From contig CAVVLJ010000020.1 of NCBI GenBank assembly GCA_963749075.1, positions 360,330 through 384,329 on the forward strand: 24,000 nt of DNA. The letters run 5' to 3'. Source of the stretch: an uncultured Pseudomonadota bacterium. Its GTDB lineage: Bacteria; Pseudomonadota; Alphaproteobacteria; JACZXZ01. The notes under the pieces were generated by a model. That model did no database searches. It was not told the DNA's origin and saw only the letters and a program-made list of their open reading frames with translations. A program made the translations under genes and the position numbers. Shown piece after piece: positions 15,967-23,290 of the stretch (position 1 is its first letter; the number at the start of each line of letters is the position of its first letter).

Positions 15967-16073
15967 GCGGCGCCGTCCCTCACCCTTCCCATCGCTTCGC
16001 GATGGGCCCCTTCCCTCTCCCGCAAGCGGGAGAGGGTGGCGAGCGAAGCGAGCCGGGTGAGGGACGGCGGCGC
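15967..16073. repeat. ~107-bp composite nested palindromic element (REP/RIME/MITE-like)
   Basis: 15-bp perfect terminal inverted repeat cgccgtccctcaccc (15971-15985) / gggtgagggacggcg (16055-16069), extendable to 19 bp with 1 mismatch. Inner hairpin a: cccatcgc(15988-15995)/gcgatggg(15999-16006). Inner hairpin b: ccctctcccgc(16013-16023) aa gcgggagaggg(16026-16036). Extra complementarity gcttcgc(15994-16000)/gcgaagc(16043-16049). Confidence 0.7.
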
Positions 16074-16104
16074 TGCTCTGCACCGCCGCCGAACTGCGGC
16101 AGAT

Positions 16105-16142
16105 TTGACATATAGCCGGCACGATGATATGTCGTGACATAT
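16105..16142 (+). promoter_or_regulatory. vapBC promoter/operator candidate
   Basis: TTGACA (16105-16110), 17 nt, TATGTC (16128-16133). GACATAT (16107-16113) is inverted with ATATGTC (16127-16133). ATATGTC-gt-GACATAT (16127-16142) is a 16-bp palindrome that covers the vapB ATG. This is a local AT-rich patch. Confidence 0.4.
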
Positions 16143-16380
16143 GGCAGAGCGAACCACCGTTCGACTTCCCGAAGACCTTCTCAACCGCGCGAAGCGCAAG
16201 GCGGCTGCGGAGGACCGCACCCTTACGTCGCTGATCGCGGACGGGCTGCGCTTGGTCGTAGCCGAAAATCGGACAGCCACGAAGTCGAAGCGCGTCATGC
16301 CTCGGGTGAGCAAGGCCGGCGGCGGCCCGCTGCCCGGGCTCGAGTTAACGTTCTCTATCGCCGCTCCAGGAGGCGGATGA
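16141..16380 (+). CDS. vapB: ribbon-helix-helix (CopG/VapB-type) antitoxin
   Basis: MAERTTVRLPEDLLNRAKRKAAAEDRTLTSLIADGLRLVV is a beta-strand/helix/helix RHH N-terminus. It sits directly upstream of a PIN gene. The C-terminal frame is questionable (see findings). Confidence 0.7.
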   Translation: MAERTTVRLPEDLLNRAKRKAAAEDRTLTSLIADGLRLVVAENRTATKSKRVMPRVSKAGGGPLPGLELTFSIAAPGGG

Positions 16381-16413
16381 TCTGGACTACGTTCGGCGAA
16401 TGAAGCATTTCAA

Positions 16414-16863
16414 GTGATCTTGCCGGACGTGAATGTCCTGATCCATGCCTTTCGCGCGGATTTGCCCCAGCATGCGCGCTGCCGCCGATGGCTCCTGGAC
16501 GTGATATCGGGCGACGCCCGCTTCGGCCTGTCGCCCATGGTCTTGAGCGCCGTCGTTCGCATCGCCACCAATGCGCGCGCCTTCAGGACGCCGAGCGCCG
16601 TCGAGGAGGCGTTCGGGTTCTGCGGAGACCTCCTCGGGCAACGCCATTGCCAGATCGTGGAGCCCGGCGAGCGGCACTGGGACATCTTCAGACGCCTCTG
16701 CATCGAGACCGACACGCGCGGCTCTCGAACGAGCGATGCCTGGTTTGCAGCGCTTGCCATCGAATGGGGATGCGAGTGGATCACGCTCGACCGCGACTAT
16801 GCGCGGTTCCCGGGACTCGCATGGCGGGTGCCGGCGGCCCGACAGAGCTACTCCGCGAGATAG
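16414..16863 (+). CDS. vapC: PIN-domain toxin (VapC family ribonuclease)
   Basis: GTG start. MILPDVNVLIHAF (first acidic residue), ... TSDAWFAALAIEWGCEWITLDRDYARF (conserved distal Asp residues). 149 aa. Confidence 0.85.
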   Translation: MILPDVNVLIHAFRADLPQHARCRRWLLDVISGDARFGLSPMVLSAVVRIATNARAFRTPSAVEEAFGFCGDLLGQRHCQIVEPGERHWDIFRRLCIETDTRGSRTSDAWFAALAIEWGCEWITLDRDYARFPGLAWRVPAARQSYSAR

Positions 16864-17414
16864 CGCGACAGGTAGAAGCGGATCTGCTTGTCGAGCTCGG
16901 CATTGAGGTCGAGCATGGCGCCCTGCACGACGAGGTACCAAGCCTGCTTGACCTCGCGGTCGGAGACCTCCTTGGGTACCGTCTGAGAGTTGGTGGCGTC
17001 GGCCGCGGCCTGGGCGTCGATGGCGCCGCGCTCGTTGTGAACCTCGATGCGCACGGCAACGTGCCCGGTATAGCGCCGCGCCTGCCGGTTCAGCGGCGGC
17101 GTCTCGACGATGCTGGCGTCGGTGACGACGAAGCGGGCGTAGCCGTCGTCGCCGTCCGCCTTCAGGCGGTCGCGCGCCCAGCCGTCGGCCAACGCCAGCA
17201 GGCTGCGCGGCGCCAGGGTCTCGACGTGGGGCGAGATCACGCGCGGCTGGTACTCGTTCGCCACCTCGATCTTGCCGACGTTGAGCTTGATCGGCGGCAG
17301 GTGCGTCCAGGTGAGCTCGGGGAACGGCTCGGGCGGCGGGCTCGAGCCGCAGCCGGCGGCGAGCGCAAGCAGCACTGCCGTGCCGGCGAGGCGGACGAGC
17401 ATGCGTGTGGCCAT
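16848..17414 (-). CDS. lipoprotein of unknown function
   Basis: MATRMLVRLAGTAVLLALAAGCGSS is a signal peptide with a lipobox (LAAGC). The ATG at 17414 follows GGGGAG; the track start 17501 is over-extended. The 3' end overlaps vapC by 16 bp (convergent). Confidence 0.7.
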   Translation of the reverse strand: MATRMLVRLAGTAVLLALAAGCGSSPPPEPFPELTWTHLPPIKLNVGKIEVANEYQPRVISPHVETLAPRSLLALADGWARDRLKADGDDGYARFVVTDASIVETPPLNRQARRYTGHVAVRIEVHNERGAIDAQAAADATNSQTVPKEVSDREVKQAWYLVVQGAMLDLNAELDKQIRFYLSRYLAE

Positions 17415-17440
17415 GGTCCGGCGCTCCCCTCGGATGCAGC

Positions 17441-17466
17441 CTGATACCCCCGGCTGATACCCCCGG
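17441..17466. repeat. perfect 13-bp tandem duplication (CTGATACCCCCGG x2)
   Basis: ctgatacccccgg at 17441-17453 is repeated exactly at 17454-17466, 27 nt upstream of the lipoprotein start codon (minus-strand sense CCGGGGGTATCAG x2). Confidence 0.9.
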
Positions 17467-17510
17467 CCGGCACCATACCCTCTAGCGGCCCGGCCCCTCA
17501 AGCGACCGGC

Positions 17511-18536
17511 TTACGCCGGGGGCGGCGCATCGCCCTTGCGGAGGGCTGCGAGCGCTGCCCGGTCGTAGGCGTATTCCCGCATGCAGAACTGGCACACCAC
17601 GCTGACCCGGCCGTCGACCACCATGTCCTCGAGCTCGGCCTCGGAAAGCGAGCGCAGCACCATGATGACGCGCGCCTCGGAGCAGCGGCAGCCGGCGCGC
17701 AAGGGACGCTGGCGGAAGACGCGCACGCCGTCCTCGTGAAAGAGGCGATAGAGCAGGTCGTGCACGCCGAGGCCGGGGTCGAGGAGCTCGGCGGTGGTGG
17801 CGCTCGCCATCATGACGAGGGCGCGGCGCCAGCCCTCCTCGCGGGCCTCCTGGTGCACCTCCTCGGCGAGCGAGCCCTCCGCCGGCTCGCCCTCGGCCGC
17901 CCACCCGGCAGCTTGGCCGCCCGAGAGCGGCACGCGCTGCAGCATGAGGCCGGCGGCGCGCCAGCGGCCCTGGCCGCCCGCACCGTCGATGCGCCCGACC
18001 GCGAGCTTGAAGGCGGCGTCGAGCTGCTCGGATTGGCGGAAGTAGTGGTGCACGCAGTCGACGAGCTCGGCGCCCGCCAGCTCGACGATGCCCTGGTAGC
18101 GCTCGGTATTGACGCCCTGATCGACCGTGAAGGCGAGATAGCCGGCACCGAGGAGGCGGGGCACGGTGCCCTTGACGCCGTGCCCCGCCTGGTGCCCGCG
18201 CGCGGCCTCGGCCAGGCGGTCCTTGTCGAAGCGGGCGTAGGCGCGCACCTCGCCGGTGCTGGTCACATCGGTCACCAAGAGCCCGACCGGCCCGTCGCCC
18301 GAGGTCTGCAGCGTGAAGACTCCGTCGTACTTGAAGACGCCGGCGAGCGTGGCGGTGAGTGCTACGCTCTGGCCGAGGAGGGCCGCCACCTCCTCGGGAT
18401 AGGCGTGCCGGGAGAGCACCTCATCGACGAGCGGCCCGAGCCGCACGAGGCGGCCGCGGATGGCCTGCGCCTCGATCTGGAACGGCTGGACGAGGTCGTC
18501 CGCGCGCTCCGCCGCGTCCCGGCCTGGGCCGCGCAC
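17511..18536 (-). CDS. hslO: redox-regulated chaperone Hsp33
   Basis: DLVQPFQIEAQAIRGRLVRLG..., LQTSGDGPVG, and the C-terminal zinc switch CRCSEARV ... VVCQFCMREY (CxC ... CxxC). The track ORF 17511..18962 is fused to the argF shadow. There is no in-frame ATG; GTG at 18536 lies 14 nt after the argF stop. Confidence 0.85.
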   Translation of the reverse strand: MRGPGRDAAERADDLVQPFQIEAQAIRGRLVRLGPLVDEVLSRHAYPEEVAALLGQSVALTATLAGVFKYDGVFTLQTSGDGPVGLLVTDVTSTGEVRAYARFDKDRLAEAARGHQAGHGVKGTVPRLLGAGYLAFTVDQGVNTERYQGIVELAGAELVDCVHHYFRQSEQLDAAFKLAVGRIDGAGGQGRWRAAGLMLQRVPLSGGQAAGWAAEGEPAEGSLAEEVHQEAREEGWRRALVMMASATTAELLDPGLGVHDLLYRLFHEDGVRVFRQRPLRAGCRCSEARVIMVLRSLSEAELEDMVVDGRVSVVCQFCMREYAYDRAALAALRKGDAPPPA

Positions 18537-18550
18537 GGCCGGACTGTCGC

Positions 18551-19465
18551 CTACTTGAGACACCAGAGGAGGATGGCTTGCTGCGCCGGCAGCCGGTTGC
18601 CGGCCTCGTCCCACACCACCGACTGGGGACCGTCGATGACCGAGGGCGTCACCTCCTCGCCGCGGTGGGCCGGCAGGCAATGCATGAAAATGGCATCGCG
18701 CTTGGCGAGCTTCATCACCCGGTCGTCCACCCGGTAGGGCGGCAACAGCGCCTTGCGCGTCTCGACCTCCTCTTCGCCCATGGAGACCCAGGCGTCGGTG
18801 ACCACGCAGTCCGCTGCGCCCACCGCCTCCTCGAGCTTGTCGGTGACGACGATCTTGGCCCCTTGCTTGAGCGCCCACTCGACGACCTGGCGCGGCGGCC
18901 CGAGCTCGCGCGGGCAGGCGAGCTTGAGGGTGAAGGCGAAGCGCACCGCCGCGTGGATCCACGAGGTCGCCATGTTGTTGCCGTCGCCGGCCCAGGCCAC
19001 CACCTTGCCGGCGATGGGCCCGCGATGCTCCTCGAAGGTCATCACGTCGGCCATGAGCTGGCAGGGGTGCGTGCGGTCGGTGAGGCCGTTGATGACCGGC
19101 ACGCTGGCGTGCTCGGCGAGCTCGTGCAGCTTCTCCTCCTTGGTCGTGCGCAGCATGATGACGTCGACGTAGCGCGAGAGCACGCGCGCGGTGTCGGCGA
19201 CGCTCTCGCCGCGGCCGAGCTGCATGTCGTTGCGCTCGAGCACCACGACCTCGCCGCCGAGCTTGCGCATGCCGACCTCGAAGGAGACCCGCGTGCGCGT
19301 GGACGGCTTCTCGAACAGCATGGCGAGCGTCTTGCCCTTGAGCGGCGGCACCTCGAGGCCTTCGCCGCGCTTGAGCGCCTTGCCCAGCTCGATGAGGCGC
19401 CTGAGCGTCGCCGCATCGAAGCGGTCGAGGTCGAGAAAGTGGCGCGGTCCGCCGCCAGCACTCAC
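18551..19465 (-). CDS. argF: ornithine carbamoyltransferase
   Basis: [13 protein letters not shown] (carbamoyl-phosphate site), [21 protein letters not shown] (HCLP motif), 304 aa. GTG start 10 nt after the argD stop. Confidence 0.92.
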   Translation of the reverse strand: MSAGGGPRHFLDLDRFDAATLRRLIELGKALKRGEGLEVPPLKGKTLAMLFEKPSTRTRVSFEVGMRKLGGEVVVLERNDMQLGRGESVADTARVLSRYVDVIMLRTTKEEKLHELAEHASVPVINGLTDRTHPCQLMADVMTFEEHRGPIAGKVVAWAGDGNNMATSWIHAAVRFAFTLKLACPRELGPPRQVVEWALKQGAKIVVTDKLEEAVGAADCVVTDAWVSMGEEEVETRKALLPPYRVDDRVMKLAKRDAIFMHCLPAHRGEEVTPSVIDGPQSVVWDEAGNRLPAQQAILLWCLK

Positions 19466-19475
19466 GGCACGCCGC

Positions 19476-20702
19476 TCATGGTTGAGCTGCCTTGGGCTGG
19501 GCCGGCTTGGAGTCCGGCGCCTTGGCGGCGGCGAGCGCCGGTGCCGCGCGCTCGAGGATGGCGAGCGCCTCGTCGATGTGGCGCTCCTCGATGATGAGCG
19601 GCGGCAGGAAGCGCACCACGTTCTCGCCCGAGCCGACGGTCAAGAGGCCGTGGTCGCGCAAGGCGGCCACCACGTCGGCGGCGACGATGCCGTCGGCGCA
19701 TTTGAGGCCGCGCATGAGGCCCATGCCGCGCACCTCGGTGAAGAGGCCGGGATGGGCCTTGACGAGGCCAGCCAGGCGCTGGCCGAGGCGCTCGCCGCGC
19801 AAGACCACCTGTTCGAGGAAGCCGTCCGCCAGCATCACGTCGAGCACCGCGTTCGCCACCGCCATGGCCAGCGGGTTGCCGCCGAAGGTCGAGCCGTGGG
19901 TGCCGGCCGTCATGCCGGCCGCCGCCTTCTCGGTCGCCAGCACAGCGCCGATGGGGAAGCCGCCGCCGAGCGCCTTGGCGGTCGACAGCACGTCCGGCTT
20001 GACGCCGGCCCACTCGTGGGCGAAGAGCTTGCCCGTGCGCCCCATGCCGCACTGCACCTCGTCGAGGAAGAGGAGGAGGCCGAACTCGTCGCACACGGCG
20101 CGTAAGCCCCGCATGAACTCCGGCCTCGCCGCGCGCAGGCCGCCTTCGCCCTGCACCGGCTCGACGAGGATGGCGGCGGTCTCGCCGGTAATGGCGTTGC
20201 GCACCTCGTTCAGGTTCTCGTAGGCCACGTGGTCGAAGCCCTCGACCGCGGGTGCGAAGCCCTTCAAGTGCTTCTCCTGGCCGCCGGCCGCGATGGTGGC
20301 GAGCGTGCGGCCGTGGAAGCCGTTGTGGAAGCAGATGATGCGGAAGCGCTCGGGATGGCCGGTATCGTCTTGGTATTTGCGCACGAGCTTGATGCCGCCC
20401 TCGAGCGCCTCGGCGCCAGAATTGCAGAAGAACACCGTGTCCGCGAAGCTGTGCGCGACCAGGCGCTCGGCAAGGCGCTCCTGGCCCGGGATCTGAAAGA
20501 TGTTCGAGCAATGCCAGAGCTTGCGGCCCTGCTCGGTCAAGGCCTCGACGAGATGCGGGTGGGCGTGCCCGAGGCCGGTCACCGCGATGCCCGAGGCGAA
20601 ATCGAGGAAGCGCCGTCCGTCGCTAGCGTAGAGATACGCCCCCTCGCCCCGCTCGAACGCGAGATTGGCCCGGGCATAGGTCGGCATCACCGCTGGGATC
20701 AC
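19476..20702 (-). CDS. argD: acetylornithine aminotransferase (class III PLP aminotransferase)
   Basis: [58 protein letters not shown] (PLP lysine). Preferred start is GTG at 20702 with GGAGG 5 nt upstream (20708-20712); the track start is GTG at 20714. Confidence 0.9.
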   Translation of the reverse strand: MIPAVMPTYARANLAFERGEGAYLYASDGRRFLDFASGIAVTGLGHAHPHLVEALTEQGRKLWHCSNIFQIPGQERLAERLVAHSFADTVFFCNSGAEALEGGIKLVRKYQDDTGHPERFRIICFHNGFHGRTLATIAAGGQEKHLKGFAPAVEGFDHVAYENLNEVRNAITGETAAILVEPVQGEGGLRAARPEFMRGLRAVCDEFGLLLFLDEVQCGMGRTGKLFAHEWAGVKPDVLSTAKALGGGFPIGAVLATEKAAAGMTAGTHGSTFGGNPLAMAVANAVLDVMLADGFLEQVVLRGERLGQRLAGLVKAHPGLFTEVRGMGLMRGLKCADGIVAADVVAALRDHGLLTVGSGENVVRFLPPLIIEERHIDEALAILERAAPALAAAKAPDSKPAQPKAAQP

Positions 20703-20749
20703 TTGAGCCTCCACGACATGAGGACGGTTTGCGCGCGCGAAAGGCGGGG

Positions 20750-20778
20750 AGTATTGGCATTCGCCCGCGGAGTGTCAA
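20750..20778 (-). promoter_or_regulatory. sigma70-type promoter candidate for argD-argF-hslO
   Basis: On the minus strand: TTGACA (20778-20773), 17-nt spacer, AATACT (20755-20750), about 45 nt upstream of the argD start. Confidence 0.45.
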
Positions 20779-20796
20779 TGCGCACTCGTTCGACTC

Positions 20797-21600
20797 CTAC
20801 GCCTTGAGCTTGTAGCCGGTGGCGAAGGCGCGGTGGCAGGCCCAGGCGAGGGCTGCGTTGGCGGCGATGAGCACCGCGAGGCCGGCTTGAAGCGAGCCGT
20901 CGGCCGCACCGATGAAGGCGTAGCGGAAGCCGTCGATCATGTAGAAGAACGGGTTGAGCCGTGCCAGCTCCTGCCAGACGCCGGGCAGCCGCCCGATCGA
21001 GTAGAAGGTGCCGGAGAGGAAGGTGAGCGGGGTCACCACGAAATTGGTGACGGCCGCGATATGGTCGAAGCGGTCGGCCCAGATGCCCGCCAGCATGCCG
21101 AGGAGCGACATCAGCGTCGCCGCGGCGGCGGCGTGGAAGAGCATGAAGCCCCAGTGCTGCACGTGGAGCGGCACGAAGGGCGCCACAGCCAGCGCCACCG
21201 CGAGGCCAACGGCCAAGCCGCGCACGACGCCGCCGAGTGCGAAGCCGAAGGTGAGCTCGCCCGGGCTCAAGGGCGGCATCAGCACGTCGACGATGTTGCC
21301 CTGCACCTTGGCGATGATGAGGGAGGAGGAGGTGTTGGCGAAGGCATTCTGCGCGATCGCCATGACGATGAGGCCGGGGACGAGGAATTCCTCGTAAGGC
21401 ACGCCGCCGATGGTGCGCGTGGCCCCGCCGAGGGCGAGCGCGAAGATGGCGAGGAAGAGGAGCGTCGTCACCACCGGCGCCAGGACGGTCTGGGAGGAGA
21501 CCTTGCCGAAGCGGCGGATCTCCTTGAGGCAGAGAGTGCCGAGGCCGATCCAGTTGACGGCCCCGAAGCGGCGCGGCTGAGGCGGCGAGAGCTCGGTCAT
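20797..21600 (-). CDS. ABC-2 type transporter permease (YadH/NodJ-like)
   Basis: Six hydrophobic spans. LKEIRRFGKVSSQTVLAPVVTTLLFL ... NPFFYMIDGFRYAF is typical of ABC-2 permeases. The ATG at 21600 (MTELSPPQ...) is preferred over the track start 21753. Confidence 0.8.
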   Translation of the reverse strand: MTELSPPQPRRFGAVNWIGLGTLCLKEIRRFGKVSSQTVLAPVVTTLLFLAIFALALGGATRTIGGVPYEEFLVPGLIVMAIAQNAFANTSSSLIIAKVQGNIVDVLMPPLSPGELTFGFALGGVVRGLAVGLAVALAVAPFVPLHVQHWGFMLFHAAAAATLMSLLGMLAGIWADRFDHIAAVTNFVVTPLTFLSGTFYSIGRLPGVWQELARLNPFFYMIDGFRYAFIGAADGSLQAGLAVLIAANAALAWACHRAFATGYKLKA

Positions 21601-21719
21601 GGCAGCTCCTGGCTCCGGGCTCAGCTTGGGCTCCGCGGCTGAGCCAGCATAACAGGGTGACAGGTCGGGCGTCCTATAGCACAGTGCCGCAATTGGCGGC
21701 GGCTGCGGTCCACCCGAGC

Positions 21720-21986
21720 ATGACCCTGGCAAGGCGGGCTTTTCTTCTGGCACTCCTGGCGGCGCCGTCCTGGGCCCGCGGCGAGGAGCGCCCGCAAAGC
21801 ATCGGCAGTGCGCACATGCTGCCCGACGGCACGATCGTCCTCCGCTTGCGCAGCCTGCCGCCGGGCCCCATCGCCGAGGGCCGGTGGGAGGTCAAGCCGG
21901 GCGATGCGCAATATGAAGAGATCAAGCGTCACATCGGTGGCATAGCACCTGGGGAGTGGAAGCCCGTGCCGCCGTGGCCCGACTGA
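21720..21986 (+). CDS. small exported protein of unknown function (88 aa)
   Basis: MTLARRAFLLALLAAPSWARG is a signal peptide with a twin-arginine-like RRAFLL and an A-x-A-type cleavage region. The coding call rests on the signal peptide and codon style only. Confidence 0.5.
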   Translation: MTLARRAFLLALLAAPSWARGEERPQSIGSAHMLPDGTIVLRLRSLPPGPIAEGRWEVKPGDAQYEEIKRHIGGIAPGEWKPVPPWPD

Positions 21987-22019
21987 GCGGGCATGGCACG
22001 TCCGAGGGAGGCAGCCGAG

Positions 22020-22367
22020 ATGGCCGTCACGATCTACCACAACCCGCGCTGCGGCAAGTCGCGCGCCGCGCTCAAGCTCCTCGAGGGGCGCGGCCTCAAG
22101 CCCGTCGTCGTCGAATATCTCAAGACGCCGCCGAGCGCTGCCGAGCTCAAGCGCATCCTCAAGATGCTCGGGCTCACAGCACGCCAGCTCCTGCGCAGCA
22201 AGGAGAAGGAATACAAGGCGGCCGGGCTCGACGAGCCTGCGCTCCCCGAGGACAAGATCATCGCCGCCATGGTGAAGCATCCGATTCTGATCGAGCGCCC
22301 GATCGTGATCGCCGGCGACAAGGCCGCGCTCGGCCGCCCGCCCGAGGCGGTGCTGCGGATACTTTAG
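22020..22367 (+). CDS. arsC: arsenate reductase, glutaredoxin-coupled ArsC family
   Basis: MAVTIYHNPRCGKSRAAL ... LLRSKE ... HPILIERPIV ... LGRPPE conserves the R773-ArsC catalytic Cys and the three Arg positions by eye. The ATG at 22020 has GGGAGG 8 nt upstream. Confidence 0.8.
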   Translation: MAVTIYHNPRCGKSRAALKLLEGRGLKPVVVEYLKTPPSAAELKRILKMLGLTARQLLRSKEKEYKAAGLDEPALPEDKIIAAMVKHPILIERPIVIAGDKAALGRPPEAVLRIL

Positions 22368-23155
22368 TCCGAGGCCGGCGCGCGCGCGACGAGGGCCCAG
22401 ACGCGGTGCGGCACCTCGAGCGGCTCGGCCGGGAAGTCGATGGCGAGCATGCTGGCATGGGCCGCATCGAAGCGCGCCACCGCGTCGGGCGGCAGGCTCG
22501 CGGCCACCCCGCCGCTCGCCCGGATGCGGCCGCGCCAGGCCGCATGGCTATAGGGGATGGCGATGTCGAAGGAGAAGGTCTCGAGGCCGACGAAGCCCGC
22601 CCGCCAGGCATCGCCGAGCCAGGCGGGATAGAGCCCGGTGCCGGCGGCGCGGTCCCAGGCTGGATTATGGGCGAGGATGAGCCGCTCGGTCGCCTCGACC
22701 GCATTGCCCGGCAGCGGCAGCCAGTCGAGCTGGGCGATGACCAAGGTGCCGCCCGGCACCAGGAGGCGCCGCGTCTCCTGAGCCGTCCGCCTGCGCTCGA
22801 ACCAATGCCAGCACTGCCCGGCCGTCACCGCCTCGAAGCTCGCGGAGGGCAGGCCGGTCTCCTCGGCGCGGCCGAGGAGATACTCGACCTCGACCGCGGC
22901 CGCGCGGTCGAGCCGCTTGGCCTCCGCGATGAGCGCCGGCGCCGGATCGAGGGCGGTGACGCGGCAGCCGCGCCGCGCCAGGCCGCGCGCCACGGTGCCC
23001 GTGCCCGTGCCGAGGTCGAGCACGCGCTGGCCCGGCCGGCCGACGGCGAAGGCAGCGAGGCGCTCGAAGAAGGCCTCGGGGAAGCCGGCGCGGTGCCGGC
23101 CGTAATCCTTCGCGGTGCGTCCGAAATCGATCGTCATGGGCGTGACGGGCTTCAT
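22364..23155 (-). CDS. class I SAM-dependent methyltransferase
   Basis: Motif I RVLDLGTGTGTVARGLARRGCRVTALD; post-I/II motifs FEAVTAGQCWHWF and LLVPGGTLVI. Alternative start is the ATG at 23137. Convergent 4-bp overlap with arsC. Confidence 0.8.
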   Translation of the reverse strand: MKPVTPMTIDFGRTAKDYGRHRAGFPEAFFERLAAFAVGRPGQRVLDLGTGTGTVARGLARRGCRVTALDPAPALIAEAKRLDRAAAVEVEYLLGRAEETGLPSASFEAVTAGQCWHWFERRRTAQETRRLLVPGGTLVIAQLDWLPLPGNAVEATERLILAHNPAWDRAAGTGLYPAWLGDAWRAGFVGLETFSFDIAIPYSHAAWRGRIRASGGVAASLPPDAVARFDAAHASMLAIDFPAEPLEVPHRVWALVARAPASD

Positions 23156-23290
23156 GGCGGCGACAATCGGGAGAGGTGTCGGTGCTCGTCAAGCAAATTG
23201 CGCAAGGCGGCGGTTGCCCGCGCGGCCGCCTGCGGTATCTTATGGCCGGGGCGGTGCGGTGGCCCCTGGTCCTCTTGAGGGAATGCGCTC

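Noticed and set aside
20788-20796. GTTCGACTC matches the tRNA-Leu T-arm (9662-9670); considered as a possible attR.
   Set aside because: It is only a 9-nt match, in the argD promoter region 11 kb away with core genes in between. That is too short to distinguish from chance.
21618-21645. 8-bp inverted repeat in the permease / small-protein divergent spacer as an operator.
   Set aside because: It is short and GC-rich, so it is expected by chance at this base composition. There is no second copy or associated regulator.
22364-23155. The methyltransferase next to arsC as an arsenite methyltransferase (ArsM).
   Set aside because: It is convergent with arsC, not co-transcribed. It lacks the conserved multi-cysteine pattern expected of ArsM and looks like a generic type-11 methyltransferase.
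17-23278. Many long ORFs in the track, e.g. 17..949(+), 1010..2173(+), 1383..2630(-), 2468..3925(+), 4241..6301(-), 4543..6120(+), 7810..8757(+), 10634..11635(-), 12186..13424(-), 13292..14632(-), 18359..19594(+), 19462..20511(-), 21956..23278(+).
   Set aside because: They overlap convincingly assigned genes in other frames or on the other strand. They are Arg/Pro/Ala/Gly-rich with no recognisable motifs. Long stop-free shadow frames of this kind are expected in very GC-rich DNA.
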